Made by a program: the position numbers and the translations under genes. The notes beneath the pieces were generated by a model. That model was not told where the DNA came from and ran no database searches. It was given only the letters and a program-made list of their open reading frames with translations. A stretch of DNA of 53,832 nt from Octopus bimaculoides (lineage: Eukaryota): the NCBI RefSeq assembly GCF_001194135.2, contig NC_068981.1, forward strand, positions 151,713,115 to 151,766,946, read 5' to 3'. Of the stretch, positions 51,733 through 53,832 are shown piece after piece. How positions within the stretch are numbered: position 1 is the first letter of the stretch; each line of letters begins with the position of its first letter.

Positions 51733-51873
51733 GACAGGAAGAATGTGTACGTATTCTTCTACATGAGTATAAGAAGATACGTGTCGATCATGTTAATAAA
51801 GCTGGATTTTCTGCCTTAATGAAAGCAGCAATTCAAGGCCGAACAAAATGTGCAAAATTACTTTTATTTGCTG
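51733..51873 (+). CDS. ANKRD33B-like: ANKRD33B-like coding exon C (141 nt); gene continues beyond the window
   Basis: Acceptor tatttggcag| and donor G|gtaaga, phase 1/1. Encodes (G)QEECVRILLHEYKKIRVDHVNKAGFSALMKAAIQGRTKCAKLLLFA(G), gap-free against recalled ANKRD33B [24 protein letters not shown]. Confidence 0.92.
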
Positions 51874-53473
51874 GTAAGATAACTTGCAATGTATAAAACT
51901 ATTTAACTTGATGATTTAATGATGCTGCTCTTTATGTTTTTGTTTTTTTATTTTTGGCATTAGGCCAATTCTGATCAAGCAGAAGAAAAATCAAAGTCAT
52001 TCACAGGGTGACCACTTCAAACAATCTGTTCAATAGGACTATATTGTCCAAGGTAACCAATTTTATTTATTTTTATATTGTGGGCTGTGATTTTAAGATT
52101 TGTCTGCTATTTTGCACCTGTCAAGCGACCACAAAGAGACAACCTCCAGAATATCAGTATCCCAAACAGGAGTAGTTGCAACAGATTAAGAATATTCCCT
52201 TTAATGGTTAATTGTTTTAAAATAATTTACGGGACAACACTATTCAAATTGCAATCGTCATTAAAAACTTTACTGGAACAACTAGCTGGACATTGAAAGC
52301 CAATCATGCGAAGTACTCTTTCTGCACTGAATATTGAAGGAATGCAACGTTTTCTTTTCCCACCATATTTTAAACCCTAAATAAGAAAATTACAGGCATA
52401 AATATGAGCTGGACCATAACAGATATTGTCGCCTCCAGTGTAAATGATTCAGGCAAGTGTCCGTTATTTGTCACGGAAAATATTTGGCTATAAGGTTAAT
52501 GTGGCAGAATGACAAGATAATGAAAACCAACAACAGTTATGTCTACCCAGCGAGATAGCAAAAGTTGCTTTTTCCACCAATCGATACAAGCGACCAAAGT
52601 GGATTTATCAAGGTAAATGATAATCTAGCAAAAAAGTGCAGACTTATTTTTCCAGTTAGTATACACACACTGACAAAGCACAGAATATATTGCGACTTAC
52701 ATTTTACATTCATTCTGTCAACGTCCCTCTCATATTAGTATAATTTAATGTATCATTTTACACCTTATGCCTCCAGTGACGTCAATTACGCTAGCTTGAT
52801 AAAACGTAAGTCATTGTTAGGAACTGGTGTAGTTTATCGATAAAATCACTAACATTGTGATAAGCAGCGGCTTCAGAAATTCTGATTAATTATATTTTCG
52901 AGAGATATTATATGAAGAAACTATGAGTGCACTGAAATCGAATATCAACCGCTTGATGAAGAGGAGCGAAAGCAATGTGGAAAAACGGAAAACCACTCCC
53001 CGAATATAAAGATGAAATATCATGATGAACTCTGTCAAGCAACGATTAATGGCTATGGAGCCGAAAATCAACATACGTATACACATTCATAGAGGTTAGA
53101 TTAATCATATTGCAAATAACAGGCAAATGCATCCAGACATTAAAAAAAAGTAAAACGGTGCTCAATTGTTCCTTCCTTGACTTTTTTTTAGAAAACATAA
53201 ATCATATAAAGGAATTTCAATATTTTTGAATTTCCATGATAAATTACATAACTCCCATTGATTATTAAAGTTAACTGACGCCAATTTTATATATTCGGAA
53301 TTATGACAAGATATAACTATATGTATGCTTGTGTGTGTGCATGTGTGTCTTTGTAGTTGAGAGTGGGTATCTATATGCGTATAAACAAGTACATTAAGAT
53401 ATAGAATGCGCATATATACATACACATACATTTGTGTGTATATATGTGTATATCTCTGTATGTGTGTGTGCGC

Positions 53474-53540
<67 letters not shown>

Positions 53541-53791
53541 CACATTTATCCACAGAATAATACAGTCAAACTCTCGGTTTTTAATTATATTTTTTTCAAA
53601 CATCGTGAAATATTGGCAAGTACGTTGAACTGTTATGTTTTGTAGCATAAATTTCAATAGAATTTTGACATATACAGCACTACCAAAAGTTTGATTAAAC
53701 GTGTGATGCAGGAAATATGTGAGCTGTTTTCGACGTGCGTGAGAGTACATGCATGTGTATGCGTGCGTGTGTGTGTAAGTATGTATATGTG

Positions 53792-53832
<41 letters not shown>

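Noticed and set aside
1589-53750. Many ORFs in the track with poly-HT, CV, YI, ER, LS, poly-I/L/N/Y or X runs
   Set aside because: They are translations of (CA/GT), (AT), (AG), (AAT) microsatellites or N gaps, with no domain, splice or codon support.

Overview
AT-rich, microsatellite-saturated eukaryotic DNA with six scaffold gaps. The repeat content points to an octopod cephalopod; this is inferred from recalled repeat families, not from a search. The only host gene I can support is on the + strand: three coding exons of an ANKRD33/ANKRD33B-like ankyrin-repeat gene (43553-43750, 46523-46652, 51733-51873). It continues past the window and has an unidentified upstream exon. The rest is mostly decayed mobile DNA: about nine R4/Dong-clade non-LTR fragments, RTE and Tx1/L1-clade LINE fragments, Penelope-like element (PLE) remnants with hammerhead-ribozyme (HHR) motifs, several tRNA-derived SINE families, mariner and hAT MITEs, and a non-autonomous Helitron. 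Best leads: (1) a palindromic intronic element whose arms carry a Pol III tRNA-like head and an (AAT)n run, with a PLE-type hammerhead in one arm (44225-44712); (2) an R4-clade family with two copies sitting in (ACAT)n arrays and sharing the same 3' junction; (3) a nest of retroelements stacked in (AAT)n arrays (25.7-30.5 kb). No intact TE ORF, prokaryote-type system or CRISPR array is present. Almost all ORFs in the supplied track are microsatellite or N artefacts. Family names come from motif recognition by eye and need Dfam/Repbase/BLAST confirmation.
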